From a virus (lineage: Duplodnaviria; Caudoviricetes), in the IMG/VR virus record IMGVR_UViG_3300021180_000013, positions 1 through 58,634 of that record: a stretch of DNA of 58,634 nt. One strand, 5' to 3'. The notes below the pieces were generated by a model, which was not told the origin of the DNA, searched no databases, and worked only from the letters and a program-made list of their open reading frames with translations. Made by a program: the position numbers and the translations under genes. How positions within the stretch are numbered: position 1 is the first letter of the stretch; every line of letters starts with the position of its first letter. Below, in pieces: positions 38,408-48,119 of this stretch.

Positions 38408-38557
38408 TTGATATTTCCATTGGACAGTGAGGTAGAAGAGGCGTCGTATAGGCGAATTGTCATACCAGTGATCTCCCCCGCCGATGCAGACGAAGGGGCT
38501 TACACGCGCCTTTTCACACAGTTACAGGAGCAAAAATGCCCGCTTATACCGGAATAA
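38408..38557 (+). CDS. small ORF (49 aa) similar to part of 2088..2468
   Basis: AGGAGG before TTG; MIFPLDSEVEEASYRRIVIPVISPADADEGAYTRLFTQL... Confidence 0.45.
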   Translation: MIFPLDSEVEEASYRRIVIPVISPADADEGAYTRLFTQLQEQKCPLIPE

Positions 38558-39222
38558 ACCAGCCCGTACCCCAAGCCGTCCCGGGGCACCCGACCTACCT
38601 TCTAGGCACATTTGACTACCGCGCCGCCGTCGGGAATTACACGATCACGAATGTCGCGAGGACTGGTACGACTGCGACGGTGACGATCCAAGTCATCGAG
38701 GGCAACGTTCCCGCCGTCGGCCAGCTGATCAATGTCCTGAGCGATAACACGAATTTCAATGTCACTGGTGCGCAGACAGCGATCACTGCGGTGAGCGTGA
38801 ACGCTACTACTGGCGCTGGGACGATACAGTATACAACGAGCGGGTCTGGTACAGTTACGTCCGTTGCAGCGACCGGGCGGGTGCAGGCGCTTGTTCCCGA
38901 AGTCGGCGAAGCGTTAGCGAACGTCACCTCGATGCCTTGCGAGCTGCAATCGAACACCGGCGCGAATAACGGGAGAGACGTAACCTTCGAAGTCACCCTT
39001 GCTGGCGGAACGCCGACGGCGAACGTCGCTGTGCAGAAGGCGATGAATAATATTGACAGCGAGTTCGTTGACGCTGGTGCAGGGACGAATCTGAATTTCT
39101 CCGCCGCTACCGGTACCAAGAGCTACACCGCCGTCGACTTGCGCGACCACTTCGTCCGTTTCGTCGTGTCCGGCGTATCAGGCGGAACGTCGCCGACGAT
39201 CGTTGCGAAAGTACTCTGTTAG
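38536..39222 (+). CDS. virion structural/decoration protein
   Basis: AGGAG RBS; T/V/G-rich beta protein; ITNVARTGTTATVT resembles the tail-hub repeat. Confidence 0.65.
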   Translation: MPAYTGINQPVPQAVPGHPTYLLGTFDYRAAVGNYTITNVARTGTTATVTIQVIEGNVPAVGQLINVLSDNTNFNVTGAQTAITAVSVNATTGAGTIQYTTSGSGTVTSVAATGRVQALVPEVGEALANVTSMPCELQSNTGANNGRDVTFEVTLAGGTPTANVAVQKAMNNIDSEFVDAGAGTNLNFSAATGTKSYTAVDLRDHFVRFVVSGVSGGTSPTIVAKVLC

Positions 39223-39243
39223 CTCCCGGGAGACTGGCCCTTC

Positions 39244-39477
39244 ATGGAAGATAAATTGGATCAAATTCTGGCGGATACGACTAGGATCAAAGCTGCGTTA
39301 TGGCCCGATGAGGGTCAGCCGGGGGTGCTTACCAAGCATACCGAGCGTATGGATGAGATTGACAAGAAGGTCCAGTCGCTTGCAGATTGGAGGAACTATC
39401 TGATCGGCGCGTGGTCCGCGATCACATTGATCTTCGGCACAATCTTTGGCGTACACGTTTCACGACACGGTGGGTAA
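39244..39477 (+). CDS. holin/anti-holin-like protein (coiled coil + C-terminal TM)
   Basis: One C-terminal hydrophobic helix; directly before the endolysin candidate. Confidence 0.55.
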   Translation: MEDKLDQILADTTRIKAALWPDEGQPGVLTKHTERMDEIDKKVQSLADWRNYLIGAWSAITLIFGTIFGVHVSRHGG

Positions 39478-39872
39478 TGAAGATCGAAGTGAGGCGTAAG
39501 AAAGAGACGGATAAGAGTATTGTTGGGGAGCTTTGGATCGATAACCAACTCGAATGCTTCGATCTTGAGCCCGCGCGGGTCAATCCTGTAAATGCTGGTC
39601 ATCCGTGTATCGCCGCCGGGACGTACGATTTAGAGTTAACCTTCTCTCCTCATTTCCAGACTATTACTCCCGAGGTTATGAACGTCCCGAACCGGACTGA
39701 CATCCGCATCCACTGGGGGAACTTTCCAAAGGATACTGAGGGGTGTACGTTGGTCGGGGAGGATCGCGGGGCGGACCAAGTGTATCGGTCAAAGCCTGCG
39801 TTCGACAGGTTGATGACTCTCTTACGAGCAACACATGACAAGATCAGTATTACGTATAAGGAGATAGAATGA
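39477..39872 (+). CDS. DUF5675-like (L,D-transpeptidase-fold) putative endolysin
   Basis: CIAAGTY..FSPHF..NVPNRTDIRIHWGNFPKDTEGCTLVG His/Cys motif. Confidence 0.78.
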   Translation: MKIEVRRKKETDKSIVGELWIDNQLECFDLEPARVNPVNAGHPCIAAGTYDLELTFSPHFQTITPEVMNVPNRTDIRIHWGNFPKDTEGCTLVGEDRGADQVYRSKPAFDRLMTLLRATHDKISITYKEIE

Positions 39873-39988
39873 TTAAAGTATTGTTGTTACTAGCTACCGG
39901 CTGCGTAGGTGGAGTATACGGAGAGTATAAATTCTCTGTCATGAGTAAGATTGTGACCGTACTCCGTTTCCTCCACCTCCATAAGTAA
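39869..39988 (+). CDS. 39-aa hydrophobic peptide / possible lipoprotein
   Basis: AAGGAG RBS; MIKVLLLLATGC lipobox-like; fills the gap exactly between the endolysin and the spanin-like gene. Confidence 0.55.
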   Translation: MIKVLLLLATGCVGGVYGEYKFSVMSKIVTVLRFLHLHK

Positions 39989-40531
39989 ATGTGGAACTAT
40001 CTTCGTACCCATGTGTTCTATGTCGTGCTGATCGCAGTTGGGATCATCGCGTTCCATTCCTGGTCGCAAGAACACGACGCACGGATCGTAGCTGAGTCGC
40101 AGGCGAAGGCTATTGAGGCGGCGAACGCGACGTTACAGTCACAGATCGCTTCGTCTGATGCGTTAGCAGCGAGGACGATCGCAGCGTTGAAGGCCCAGCG
40201 AGCACAGGTGACTACTCCTGCTCAGGCAATAGCAGCGATCCCTGACGTATCAACGCTCCCGCTGAACTCTCGCCCCGCTGTTGATAATCCTGTCCAAGTA
40301 TCGGTGGACGCTACGGCGTTGTACAATGAACTGAACCAAGCGAAGCAGGACGCTGTATCGCTGAACGCCTGCGTGACCGCCCGGACCGCTGACGAGGAGA
40401 TCATTAAGAATGATAAGCAAGAGATCGTCGTGTTAAAGAAGAAACCAGCGTTCTGGCACAGGGTAGGCAGCACGCTGAAGATCGTTGGTATCGGAATCGG
40501 CATCGGCGTGATCCTCGGAGCGCATGTGTGA
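39989..40531 (+). CDS. spanin-like protein with N- and C-terminal hydrophobic segments
   Basis: N-terminal TM, Ala-rich coiled coils, C-terminal IVGIGIGIGVILG. Confidence 0.6.
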   Translation: MWNYLRTHVFYVVLIAVGIIAFHSWSQEHDARIVAESQAKAIEAANATLQSQIASSDALAARTIAALKAQRAQVTTPAQAIAAIPDVSTLPLNSRPAVDNPVQVSVDATALYNELNQAKQDAVSLNACVTARTADEEIIKNDKQEIVVLKKKPAFWHRVGSTLKIVGIGIGIGVILGAHV

Positions 40532-40770
40532 AGAAGTTCTTTCTGAATATACTAACTGAACCTGATAATCACACTTTCTGCCCCGTTCGTATCCTGTCGA
40601 TCCTCGGTGTCCTACAATACCTCACCACCTCCGGGTTCCATTACGTCCAACACGCGATCTTCGACCCACAGGCGTTCGCCGTTGGCTTCGGTGCGATTAT
40701 CGGGTCGGTGGGAGTAGCGTTAGGATTGAAGAAGGACACACCGGCTGATCCCTCGGCCCCGACAACCTGA
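40528..40770 (+). CDS. two-TM holin-like protein
   Basis: Two hydrophobic helices; in the lysis cassette. Confidence 0.55.
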   Translation: MKKFFLNILTEPDNHTFCPVRILSILGVLQYLTTSGFHYVQHAIFDPQAFAVGFGAIIGSVGVALGLKKDTPADPSAPTT

Positions 40771-40786
40771 CTTTACACAGTAATAC

Positions 40787-41227
40787 ATGCGCCGTTTCGT
40801 CCGTTTCCTGACTGTTACTTATCTCTGGATCCTTCTCACCCCTTACCTTTTCATCCTCCTTGGTAACGTATCGAATCAAGCCGTATTCTCAGCGAACAAC
40901 GATATGTTCCCCGTGCGAGAGAATGCGGTTAAACTACTCGCGGATCTCAAAGCTGATCCTGACCTAGTACAGCTAAATCTGAATATGCGCGAGAGTGATC
41001 CGAACGCGCCGATTATGCTAGATGATCGACATTGTTTGATGTCGGATAAAACACACTTGAATTGGCTCGGGGATATCTTCGATTTTCATACAGATATAGT
41101 GAGTATTGGGGATATGCTAGTTAACTTTGGCTACTGGCTACAATCCTTCTGCCCTTACCTCTTCGCCGCGTTCGCTATACGTCGGCTTGTAGATAATAAT
41201 GGGATATGGACGTCTGAGGATGAGTAG
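40787..41227 (+). CDS. DUF5317-like membrane protein
   Basis: SNQAVFSANNDMFPV..HCLM..THLNWLGDIF..SIGD pattern recalled for this family. Confidence 0.55.
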   Translation: MRRFVRFLTVTYLWILLTPYLFILLGNVSNQAVFSANNDMFPVRENAVKLLADLKADPDLVQLNLNMRESDPNAPIMLDDRHCLMSDKTHLNWLGDIFDFHTDIVSIGDMLVNFGYWLQSFCPYLFAAFAIRRLVDNNGIWTSEDE

Positions 41228-42089
41228 GGTGAGAGGCGTGGTAGCAGGTGACGCATACGATACGGGAGACCTTGTCCTCCGCCGCTAACGGCTTACGACA
41301 CTCCTCACAGTAACGGAACTCCGGGACGCGAGCACCGCCCATCAGACGTTTGAGCAGCGAAGGATTCTTCAACGCTAGCTTAACAATCGCGACTCTCTCT
41401 TCCAGCGATCCCGCAGCCTTCTCCTTGCTTTGGTGATATCCCCTCCAGCCACAATGAGTCGCTCGCGGTCTCCGAGGCCATACACAACGCTTCGACTCAG
41501 ACTCCATCACACGGTAAATCAGACCGTCTTGTTCCCAGTGACTAGAGTTTCTCTTATTAGAGTTAGGATATACTCTGTTTAAATAATTCTTCATATCACA
41601 GTAGTATTCAAGTCTGGCGTGTTGAACAATAGAAAAGATAGATTTACGCGGTAACACTGCTCCTACCGAGAGATACCACGGTATCATAATATCTGGCCCA
41701 TCGGAGATTATCGCCTCAGGCGAATACTGCCAGAAACAAGCAGCGAATGCCTCTGGGCGCTGTGACAAGGCACGCATTCCCCAATCAAATGCCGTTTTGT
41801 CAATTATCGCGTCGTCCTCAATAATCCAGACTCTCTCGTATCGCGCATGATATGCCCACTTAAGGGCTTCAAGCATATTATACGAGTTGCCATGAAATGT
41901 GTGCGGAAGAGTCTTATGCTCCGTAACACCTGGGAACCGAGAAGTTACGGCGGATTCATCCGATGCTCTATCCGGGAATACCTCAATAGGTATCGTAGGA
42001 TTAGCATCTCGAATTGCTTCTAAGCAACAATAGAGAAATTCGCTTCGATCATGTGTTGGCAAAACAACTACATCATGTATATTCTTCAC
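41175..42089 (-). CDS. glycosyltransferase, GT-A fold, with C-terminal CxxC..CxxC
   Basis: VVLPTHDRSEFL..IIEDDA (DxD-like)..EQDG..THCGWRG. Confidence 0.75.
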   Translation of the reverse strand: MKNIHDVVVLPTHDRSEFLYCCLEAIRDANPTIPIEVFPDRASDESAVTSRFPGVTEHKTLPHTFHGNSYNMLEALKWAYHARYERVWIIEDDAIIDKTAFDWGMRALSQRPEAFAACFWQYSPEAIISDGPDIMIPWYLSVGAVLPRKSIFSIVQHARLEYYCDMKNYLNRVYPNSNKRNSSHWEQDGLIYRVMESESKRCVWPRRPRATHCGWRGYHQSKEKAAGSLEERVAIVKLALKNPSLLKRLMGGARVPEFRYCEECRKPLAAEDKVSRIVCVTCYHASHPTHPQTSISHYYLQADV

Positions 42090-42516
42090 AGGCCTTCACC
42101 CACGCTTCGTGCGCTTCTTCCTCTGTATCATATAAACCAATCCGTTTTGGCTTACCTCTAAGACCCTTAATAGAGATTTGTGCTCGGAATCGCCCGCCCT
42201 TAGTCTTAATGTATCCTTTCGTGTTATATCTACGATATGCACGACGAGTCGATAATTGAGTATACTGATCTTCCCAGTGACAATTTTCTGGGCAGTAATT
42301 CCCGTTTGGATTGATTCTTCCCAGAGTTTTCCCGTCGGGCCGAGGACCCATATCCGCATAAAAATTCTCGAACGTCATCCATCTCTCACAGATGGTGATT
42401 CTCCGTCCGCCGTAATATTCGTAGCTATCGTTTCTTGGGTCCAAGCAACGTTTTTTCATTGCCTGCCAGCTCCAATATGCAGGAGAGCCCGATAAACCAT
42501 GTGTCTTTGCTGGCAT
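42073..42516 (-). CDS. HNH-type endonuclease with AP2-like C-terminal domain
   Basis: SWQAMKKRC..YGGR..FYADMGPRP..RINPNGNYCPENCHW; RFRAQI..GLYDTEEEA. Confidence 0.82.
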   Translation of the reverse strand: MPAKTHGLSGSPAYWSWQAMKKRCLDPRNDSYEYYGGRRITICERWMTFENFYADMGPRPDGKTLGRINPNGNYCPENCHWEDQYTQLSTRRAYRRYNTKGYIKTKGGRFRAQISIKGLRGKPKRIGLYDTEEEAHEAWVKACEEYT

Positions 42517-43124
42517 TATTTCAACTCCGTCCCCCACTTCGCATTATACAACGCCCGATTACGATCACACGAGCGTTGCACATCGACCGCGCCCTCGGCT
42601 TGTCTTCGGAAGAACGTCGCGGCACCGGAGTGTCGGCATGGAATATCTATCGGGAGAGTGTGGTATCCAGCGATCTCCATTCGATGACAGTAATCATTGT
42701 CGTCATATCCGTAACCCGTAAACTGCTCGTCCATTTTTCCAATGGTATCAAGTACGTTACGTTTCCAATATCCAGCGACGAAGGGGGAATTGCCGTGTAA
42801 CTGGACGGTTGCAACACCCACTGTGGGATCACTGTAAGCTGCCTCCTGTAATAGCTTCACGAACGGCCCGTCGAATCGTAGGTCATCGCCCGCAAGAATC
42901 ACATCCGACGTCCCCGTCACCGTCCACCCGAGATTAACATTACGCGAATAGCTGAACGGTAATGATCCATCGATCACCGCCCAGCCATCGATCGACCAAG
43001 GAATGTCCTCGCCGTCACGGATCAGGAACTTCGTTATCTCAGGCTCCCACTGCTCGACCGATGCACGGAACCCGGAGTTAATGTCTTCGTAATGGCCGAG
43101 GACGACTAGTCTTACTCTATTCAT
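42516..43124 (-). CDS. glycosyltransferase family 2-like
   Basis: FSYSRNVNLG, ILAGDD, IGKMDEQFTGYGYDDNDYCHR. Confidence 0.85.
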   Translation of the reverse strand: MNRVRLVVLGHYEDINSGFRASVEQWEPEITKFLIRDGEDIPWSIDGWAVIDGSLPFSYSRNVNLGWTVTGTSDVILAGDDLRFDGPFVKLLQEAAYSDPTVGVATVQLHGNSPFVAGYWKRNVLDTIGKMDEQFTGYGYDDNDYCHRMEIAGYHTLPIDIPCRHSGAATFFRRQAEGAVDVQRSCDRNRALYNAKWGTELK

Positions 43125-43257
43125 CGGCGGCTCCGTGCACAAGAACACATACTGCCTCTTTTACTTCATAAAGCATCTGAATAACCGCATTTGCATCCGT
43201 GTATCCATCTTCACGAAGCATTTCCTCTAATTTTGAAAAAGCATCGTCAACGTTCAT
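43117..43257 (-). CDS. small hypothetical protein (46 aa, MNVDDAFSKL...)
   Basis: Fills the gap and overlaps both neighbours; below the ORF-track cutoff. Confidence 0.5.
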   Translation of the reverse strand: MNVDDAFSKLEEMLREDGYTDANAVIQMLYEVKEAVCVLVHGAADE

Positions 43258-44246
43258 AGCCACTTCTCCGGTATATTCTTGCGTATCTCAATCTCGGTGA
43301 ATTGTTTCGTTTCGCGTGCTCCGGCGGTCCATGCCCATCGTCCCATGCGAGAGAGGCCTTCATCGAGTGGTACAGGGGCGTAATCCCCAAATACACGCCG
43401 CCTCGCGGAATGATCACTGAACGCTGTTCGCACCTCAACCCGAGGGGGAAGATGAACAATATTAGGTGATGAATACTTCATCGCAGCGTTTACCTTAATC
43501 GCTAACTCATTGATCGTAATCGGCTGCTCCCCGCCGATATTAAATATCTTACCATAACACTCAGGCGTCTCGATCGCCCTCGCAATCACCGGCGCAATAT
43601 CACTGATATAACTGAACGCCCGGACCTGCTCCCCATCACCGAACACCGTCATCGGCTCGCCACGCATGATCTGGTTCATGAATATACCGATAACATTCCG
43701 GTACCGATCCCCGATATTCTGTCGCTCACCGTACACATTATGCGGACGGAAGATACAGTAGTCGAGACCGAACATATCCTTCGCGATCGCCAGCTCACGC
43801 TCGACCGCAGCCTTAGCGATTCCGTAAGGATCCTCCGGCTCGGGACGCATATCCTCAGTATACGGTACCTGCTGTGACCCGTATACTGCCATTGAGGAGG
43901 TGAAGATGAACGATTTAACGTTATGGTTCACGGCGGCGTTGATGAGGTTGATACTACCGATCAGATTATTTTCATAGTTATATCGACGGATGAAATGGCT
44001 TAGCCCCTCGGCTGCGTACGCCGCTAAATGGAAGACGTGATCAAACGCACATGCTCCAAATATCTTGTTAATGGCATCGGTATCTAGAATCGTATCTTCA
44101 AAGAAAACGGCGTTATTTGGCAGATTAGCGAAAGACCCGCCGGACATATCGTCGATGATAACTACACGATGGCCCTTCGCCAATAACTCCTCAGCGACCC
44201 ATGATCCAAGGAATCCCGCTCCGCCGGTGACAAGAATATTAGACAT
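43254..44246 (-). CDS. NAD-dependent NDP-sugar epimerase/dehydratase (extended SDR)
   Basis: LVTGGAGFLGS, TSSMAVYG, PYGIAK (YxxxK), RPHNVYG, GDGEQVRAF. Confidence 0.95.
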   Translation of the reverse strand: MSNILVTGGAGFLGSWVAEELLAKGHRVVIIDDMSGGSFANLPNNAVFFEDTILDTDAINKIFGACAFDHVFHLAAYAAEGLSHFIRRYNYENNLIGSINLINAAVNHNVKSFIFTSSMAVYGSQQVPYTEDMRPEPEDPYGIAKAAVERELAIAKDMFGLDYCIFRPHNVYGERQNIGDRYRNVIGIFMNQIMRGEPMTVFGDGEQVRAFSYISDIAPVIARAIETPECYGKIFNIGGEQPITINELAIKVNAAMKYSSPNIVHLPPRVEVRTAFSDHSARRRVFGDYAPVPLDEGLSRMGRWAWTAGARETKQFTEIEIRKNIPEKWL

Positions 44247-44958
44247 TTGGTTTCCATCTCGCTCCGTCCCAGTGTTGTACACGGGCCATCGCGCCAGCAG
44301 TAGGATTGTAAATAGCTAACTTCCCATCAGTCCAACCATGCGCGAATCTCTGGTATAATGTCGGCTCAATCATCTGGCCCTTTAGCCCGACGAGATGATG
44401 CTCGTACATACGTGCGTACCACTCTAACGACGCAACATGCGGCCATGTTGAGTATTGTATTGTCTCAATGACACAGAAGTCACGATGATCGCCTGGGCCG
44501 TAACGTTTCCGCGCTGTCATAAGATGCTCGTGTTCGGGAGGGATCCTGTGCATGCCAGAGAGCTTAATGTAATTATACGTATGATCAAGTATCTTCTCAG
44601 CAATACTATTCCATTCGATAGGATCAGGGAGAACTTCGAAGTCGTGTTCGAGGTAGAGGACTAATGGAGTGTCAACTGTCTTCAACCAATACTCCAGCAT
44701 CCCGACCTGATTCACCGGCGCCATGAACACAGTGACCTTAGCGTTATCATACTTACCCATCAGCTCGGCACAATATCCAGAATACTTCGTCATCGTCCCG
44801 CGATCGACATCGTCGCGGAGGCCGTCGCAGCAGATACTGATCTTCGCCTCGGGGAGATGGTAACGCACTGTCCTCACCGCTTGGTCAATGAGGAACGTGC
44901 TTGGGCAGGAGGGGGTAAGGCTAGTCGGGATCAATACCGTTATCTTATCGTCAATCAC
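44239..44958 (-). CDS. glycosyltransferase, GT-A fold (putative)
   Basis: ITVLIPTS, CCDG, LYLEHDF, HWDGAR. Confidence 0.65.
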   Translation of the reverse strand: MIDDKITVLIPTSLTPSCPSTFLIDQAVRTVRYHLPEAKISICCDGLRDDVDRGTMTKYSGYCAELMGKYDNAKVTVFMAPVNQVGMLEYWLKTVDTPLVLYLEHDFEVLPDPIEWNSIAEKILDHTYNYIKLSGMHRIPPEHEHLMTARKRYGPGDHRDFCVIETIQYSTWPHVASLEWYARMYEHHLVGLKGQMIEPTLYQRFAHGWTDGKLAIYNPTAGAMARVQHWDGARWKPNV

Positions 44959-45107
44959 TTCGTCGTCACCTTACAAATCTTATCAGCTTCGCGCTTCGCC
45001 AGAAATAACGCCTTCGCCGGTGTATACCCGGCGCGGATGAATAATGCGCGTTGGGCGGTGATGTACCGTCGGCGTAGCGACTGACGATTACGTTTCTTAT
45101 CGTTCAT
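44955..45107 (-). CDS. small basic protein (50 aa, MNDKKRNRQSLRRRY...)
   Basis: Overlaps both neighbours in the operon; below the ORF-track cutoff. Confidence 0.5.
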   Translation of the reverse strand: MNDKKRNRQSLRRRYITAQRALFIRAGYTPAKALFLAKREADKICKVTTK

Positions 45108-46045
45108 ATCGCTCCCAAGCTTATCATATCTTTCACTAAACTCTGCCGGAAATTTAACTTATACTTCTGCCAAAAATACTGCGCTGCTCTCGCATGCCGC
45201 TCCCAATCCCCCAGAATCTCCTTACTCACCGGCCCCCACTCTTTCTCCCAGTCCTGGATAACAAAGAACGGATGATCACCGAACACAACGTCCCAATACC
45301 CCTCGACGCGATCGAGAGCGTAAGCGTCCAACACCGGCACCGCCCCAGCTTCCAGCGCCTCTGCCATACGGAATGAATCGGGCGTCGCAGGCCCAGCAGG
45401 ACACGGCACGATCAGCGCTCGGCGCATGAAGTCGTAGTACGACTCATGCGATAACCCAGCCCCAAATGACTGAGTCTTAATCAATATACTCGTTATCGGC
45501 GCCTCCGGGGGCATCTTGTTCGTCGGCGTCCCCCAGAGCGAGCGTGAAGTCTCTAACGCGGCGACGCATTGTTCTCTCCGCTCGTGAGTAACTTGACCGG
45601 CGAATAGCCAGTGTAAATCTCTCTCCTGAGGGACCAACGAATCCAGTATCTCACGCTCGTCCGCCGGGTAACCCTCAATGAAATAACGATCAGCATGAGT
45701 CATCCCAGGCTTAGGCGTCTGCGCCCATATCTTACAATTAGGATGAACAATGAGATGCAGGGGGAACTCCGCCGATTCATCCCCTACACTCACGAAAATC
45801 ACCCAACGATAATGCATCAGCTCAGCAGACATGATCGCCGCTAACGCTGGCCCACGGCGTATCGCCGCCTCGTTCCCCCCGTGGAACACAACGACCGCCC
45901 CGTTCAGCTTCGGTAACTCAGCGTCCGAGTCGATCCCGAACCCAACATGATGAGTCGTATCATGCGCATCGAAGAGTTCGTTGAGCATTGCGCAACACGC
46001 GTATGACATCCGCTCAGGCGCGTACCATAACACATCGAGTCTCAC
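45104..46045 (-). CDS. exostosin/GT47-like glycosyltransferase
   Basis: WLFAGQ..RREQC..Y..M..VPCPAG..DSFRMAEALEAGAVPV. Confidence 0.75.
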   Translation of the reverse strand: MRLDVLWYAPERMSYACCAMLNELFDAHDTTHHVGFGIDSDAELPKLNGAVVVFHGGNEAAIRRGPALAAIMSAELMHYRWVIFVSVGDESAEFPLHLIVHPNCKIWAQTPKPGMTHADRYFIEGYPADEREILDSLVPQERDLHWLFAGQVTHERREQCVAALETSRSLWGTPTNKMPPEAPITSILIKTQSFGAGLSHESYYDFMRRALIVPCPAGPATPDSFRMAEALEAGAVPVLDAYALDRVEGYWDVVFGDHPFFVIQDWEKEWGPVSKEILGDWERHARAAQYFWQKYKLNFRQSLVKDMISLGAI

Positions 46046-46248
46046 TTACATTTCCCCTTACAATCCCATTTCACGCCCAGGCCCGCTAACCTCACCGCAT
46101 CCTCCTCTTCCACACCATACAACACCGCCTTGAACGCCTCCAACACCCTCTTATTCGTCTCAATACACCATGTCTCATGCCTGATCACTCCCCCGCAGAC
46201 TTCGCATGACGACTCCAGAGCGTATTGGTTCGTGTGATACCAGGCCAT
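46042..46248 (-). CDS. small Zn-binding hypothetical protein
   Basis: CEVCGGVIRHETWC; ATG 46248 just after the upstream stop. Confidence 0.55.
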   Translation of the reverse strand: MAWYHTNQYALESSCEVCGGVIRHETWCIETNKRVLEAFKAVLYGVEEEDAVRLAGLGVKWDCKGKCK

Positions 46249-46250
46249 TG

Positions 46251-48119
46251 TTAACTGATCCCCATTTTCGTCAAAAGGCTCTTCATTCTCTCGTGGTACG
46301 TCTCGTGATCCTTTACCCATTTACTTGTCAACCTCACACTTGCTTGTCGAGCGTCTTCGTTCGCTAAGAAATAATCTATTCGATCTTGCAACTCGTAAAG
46401 ATCCCCCGGGGTAAATGTGACCATTCCGGGGATCGAGAGCCCTTTACAATATGGATGCACAAGGAATCCGCCTCGTCCGAGTGTCTCTGGGACACGATCG
46501 GACCAGTAAAAATCGGCGCCCCCGAAGCATGAATCTCCCACCACAACCCGGCACGAAGCATACACGTCGTTGAGCGATTGTCCTCGGTAACCTTGGAACA
46601 ATCTGAATCGTTCGCCATACACTTGTCTCAAAAAGTTGAGTAGTTGTCCTCGGAATTTGTATTCTTCATGGTATCCTTCAGCGCCCACGAAGCCCACATC
46701 AATCGCTAACTCTTTTCTCCATTCTCCGACGTAACAATCCCTTCGGACGACAGCAGGAGGGAGCCACGTATGTTTGTCCGAACCAAGCCGTTCGGTAAAT
46801 TTGTCATCGTTCCCCCCATCAGCAGTAAAAATCCGGCGTGTCCTCCAGAAAGGATGGGCACCAATACGGTCTTCCCTTCCGTCAGACTGATTAAGTCCCC
46901 AGTATCGGTCAAGGTGGAAACTAGCGGTTCTTGTTCCATTGGTATCGAGTTCCTTCCAGAGTTCATCAAGTGTTAATTTACCGGGTGTTGTCCAGCCATG
47001 CGTATGTACATAGATCAGCAACGCCACTCCCCAACACCCCTCCAGTATCTCCTCCGTCCTATCCTCATCCTCCTGGAACGGTATCGTCGTGTAGCCCATA
47101 TCCCGGAGCGTCCATAGGAGATCGTTCTCCGTCGAGTGCTCGGGCCGAAAGTTGCCTAGGAGGGCTATACGGGGCTTCCCCGCCCCCTGACCCGCCGCGA
47201 CGACCGATCGTGGCTCCAGGAGCCTGCGAAAGGCCTCCCCAGCGTCCCTATTACCCCTCACGAACCTCGCCCGCGCCTCCATCCCCATCCGCGCAACCTC
47301 ATAATTCGGCTGCTTCACCATCTCCGGGAGCTTGCGTCTGAGGTCGCAGATATCGACCTCGTACAACTCCCCTAGATTGTAAGACTTACCGGAACGAGCG
47401 TTCGCTTCGAACGGGGCGGATAACTCGGACATTGGACCGGCGCCGGTGGTAAGGAGTACAGCTCCTACTCCTTGGCTCTCGTGCAGCGACTGCCCGAACC
47501 CTTCGTAATTACTCGGCGTAGCGTGAAAACGGTGAGAATTCTGAAGATGAATCAACTCCTCATCCGACACTCGCGAGCGAAACTCTACCCCCTCCACGGG
47601 CGTCGTATCCACCATCTTGCTATTCGTTATACAAGTCAGCGGCGGCAGTGACGATTTGTCATAATATCTGTACTCACGGTAGCAGGCCAGCAGCTCGTTC
47701 GTTCCCCTCATCCCGCTATTGCCCCCTAAATGGAGTACTCGATCTTCCCTCTTCACGCTCGCATCGTAATGATCCTCAGCGAAGAATCCGGTGTATTCAA
47801 CGTTGGAAAACAAGACACGCAGCCGTCTCTCCGCGTCCCTAGTCTTAGCCAACACTTTCTCACAATGCCTCTGGATCGGTCTGACATTTTCAGGTTTGAG
47901 CCATTCTGGATTTGCGATATAAAACCAACGCTTCGCGTGCGGGACATGATCCACATTGAACGTCTCGATCGATACACCTAACTCGAACTCCTCCTCACAC
48001 GGCTCATCATACTGCACTAATTCCGCGACATGCCCCTCAGAAACAAGAAAACGCTGAAGTAACTCAGCGTCTTTCTGAAGACCGATGCCGTTAATATTGG
48101 TAAAGAGACCTATCTTCAC
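46251..48119 (-). CDS. double-domain GT-B glycosyltransferase (GT4-like + CgeB/Glyco_trans_1_2-like)
   Basis: PSNYEGFGQSLHESQGVG in the N-terminal half; DVGFVG..YWSDRVPETLGRGGFL..HETYHER in the C-terminal half. Confidence 0.85.
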   Translation of the reverse strand: MKIGLFTNINGIGLQKDAELLQRFLVSEGHVAELVQYDEPCEEEFELGVSIETFNVDHVPHAKRWFYIANPEWLKPENVRPIQRHCEKVLAKTRDAERRLRVLFSNVEYTGFFAEDHYDASVKREDRVLHLGGNSGMRGTNELLACYREYRYYDKSSLPPLTCITNSKMVDTTPVEGVEFRSRVSDEELIHLQNSHRFHATPSNYEGFGQSLHESQGVGAVLLTTGAGPMSELSAPFEANARSGKSYNLGELYEVDICDLRRKLPEMVKQPNYEVARMGMEARARFVRGNRDAGEAFRRLLEPRSVVAAGQGAGKPRIALLGNFRPEHSTENDLLWTLRDMGYTTIPFQEDEDRTEEILEGCWGVALLIYVHTHGWTTPGKLTLDELWKELDTNGTRTASFHLDRYWGLNQSDGREDRIGAHPFWRTRRIFTADGGNDDKFTERLGSDKHTWLPPAVVRRDCYVGEWRKELAIDVGFVGAEGYHEEYKFRGQLLNFLRQVYGERFRLFQGYRGQSLNDVYASCRVVVGDSCFGGADFYWSDRVPETLGRGGFLVHPYCKGLSIPGMVTFTPGDLYELQDRIDYFLANEDARQASVRLTSKWVKDHETYHERMKSLLTKMGIS

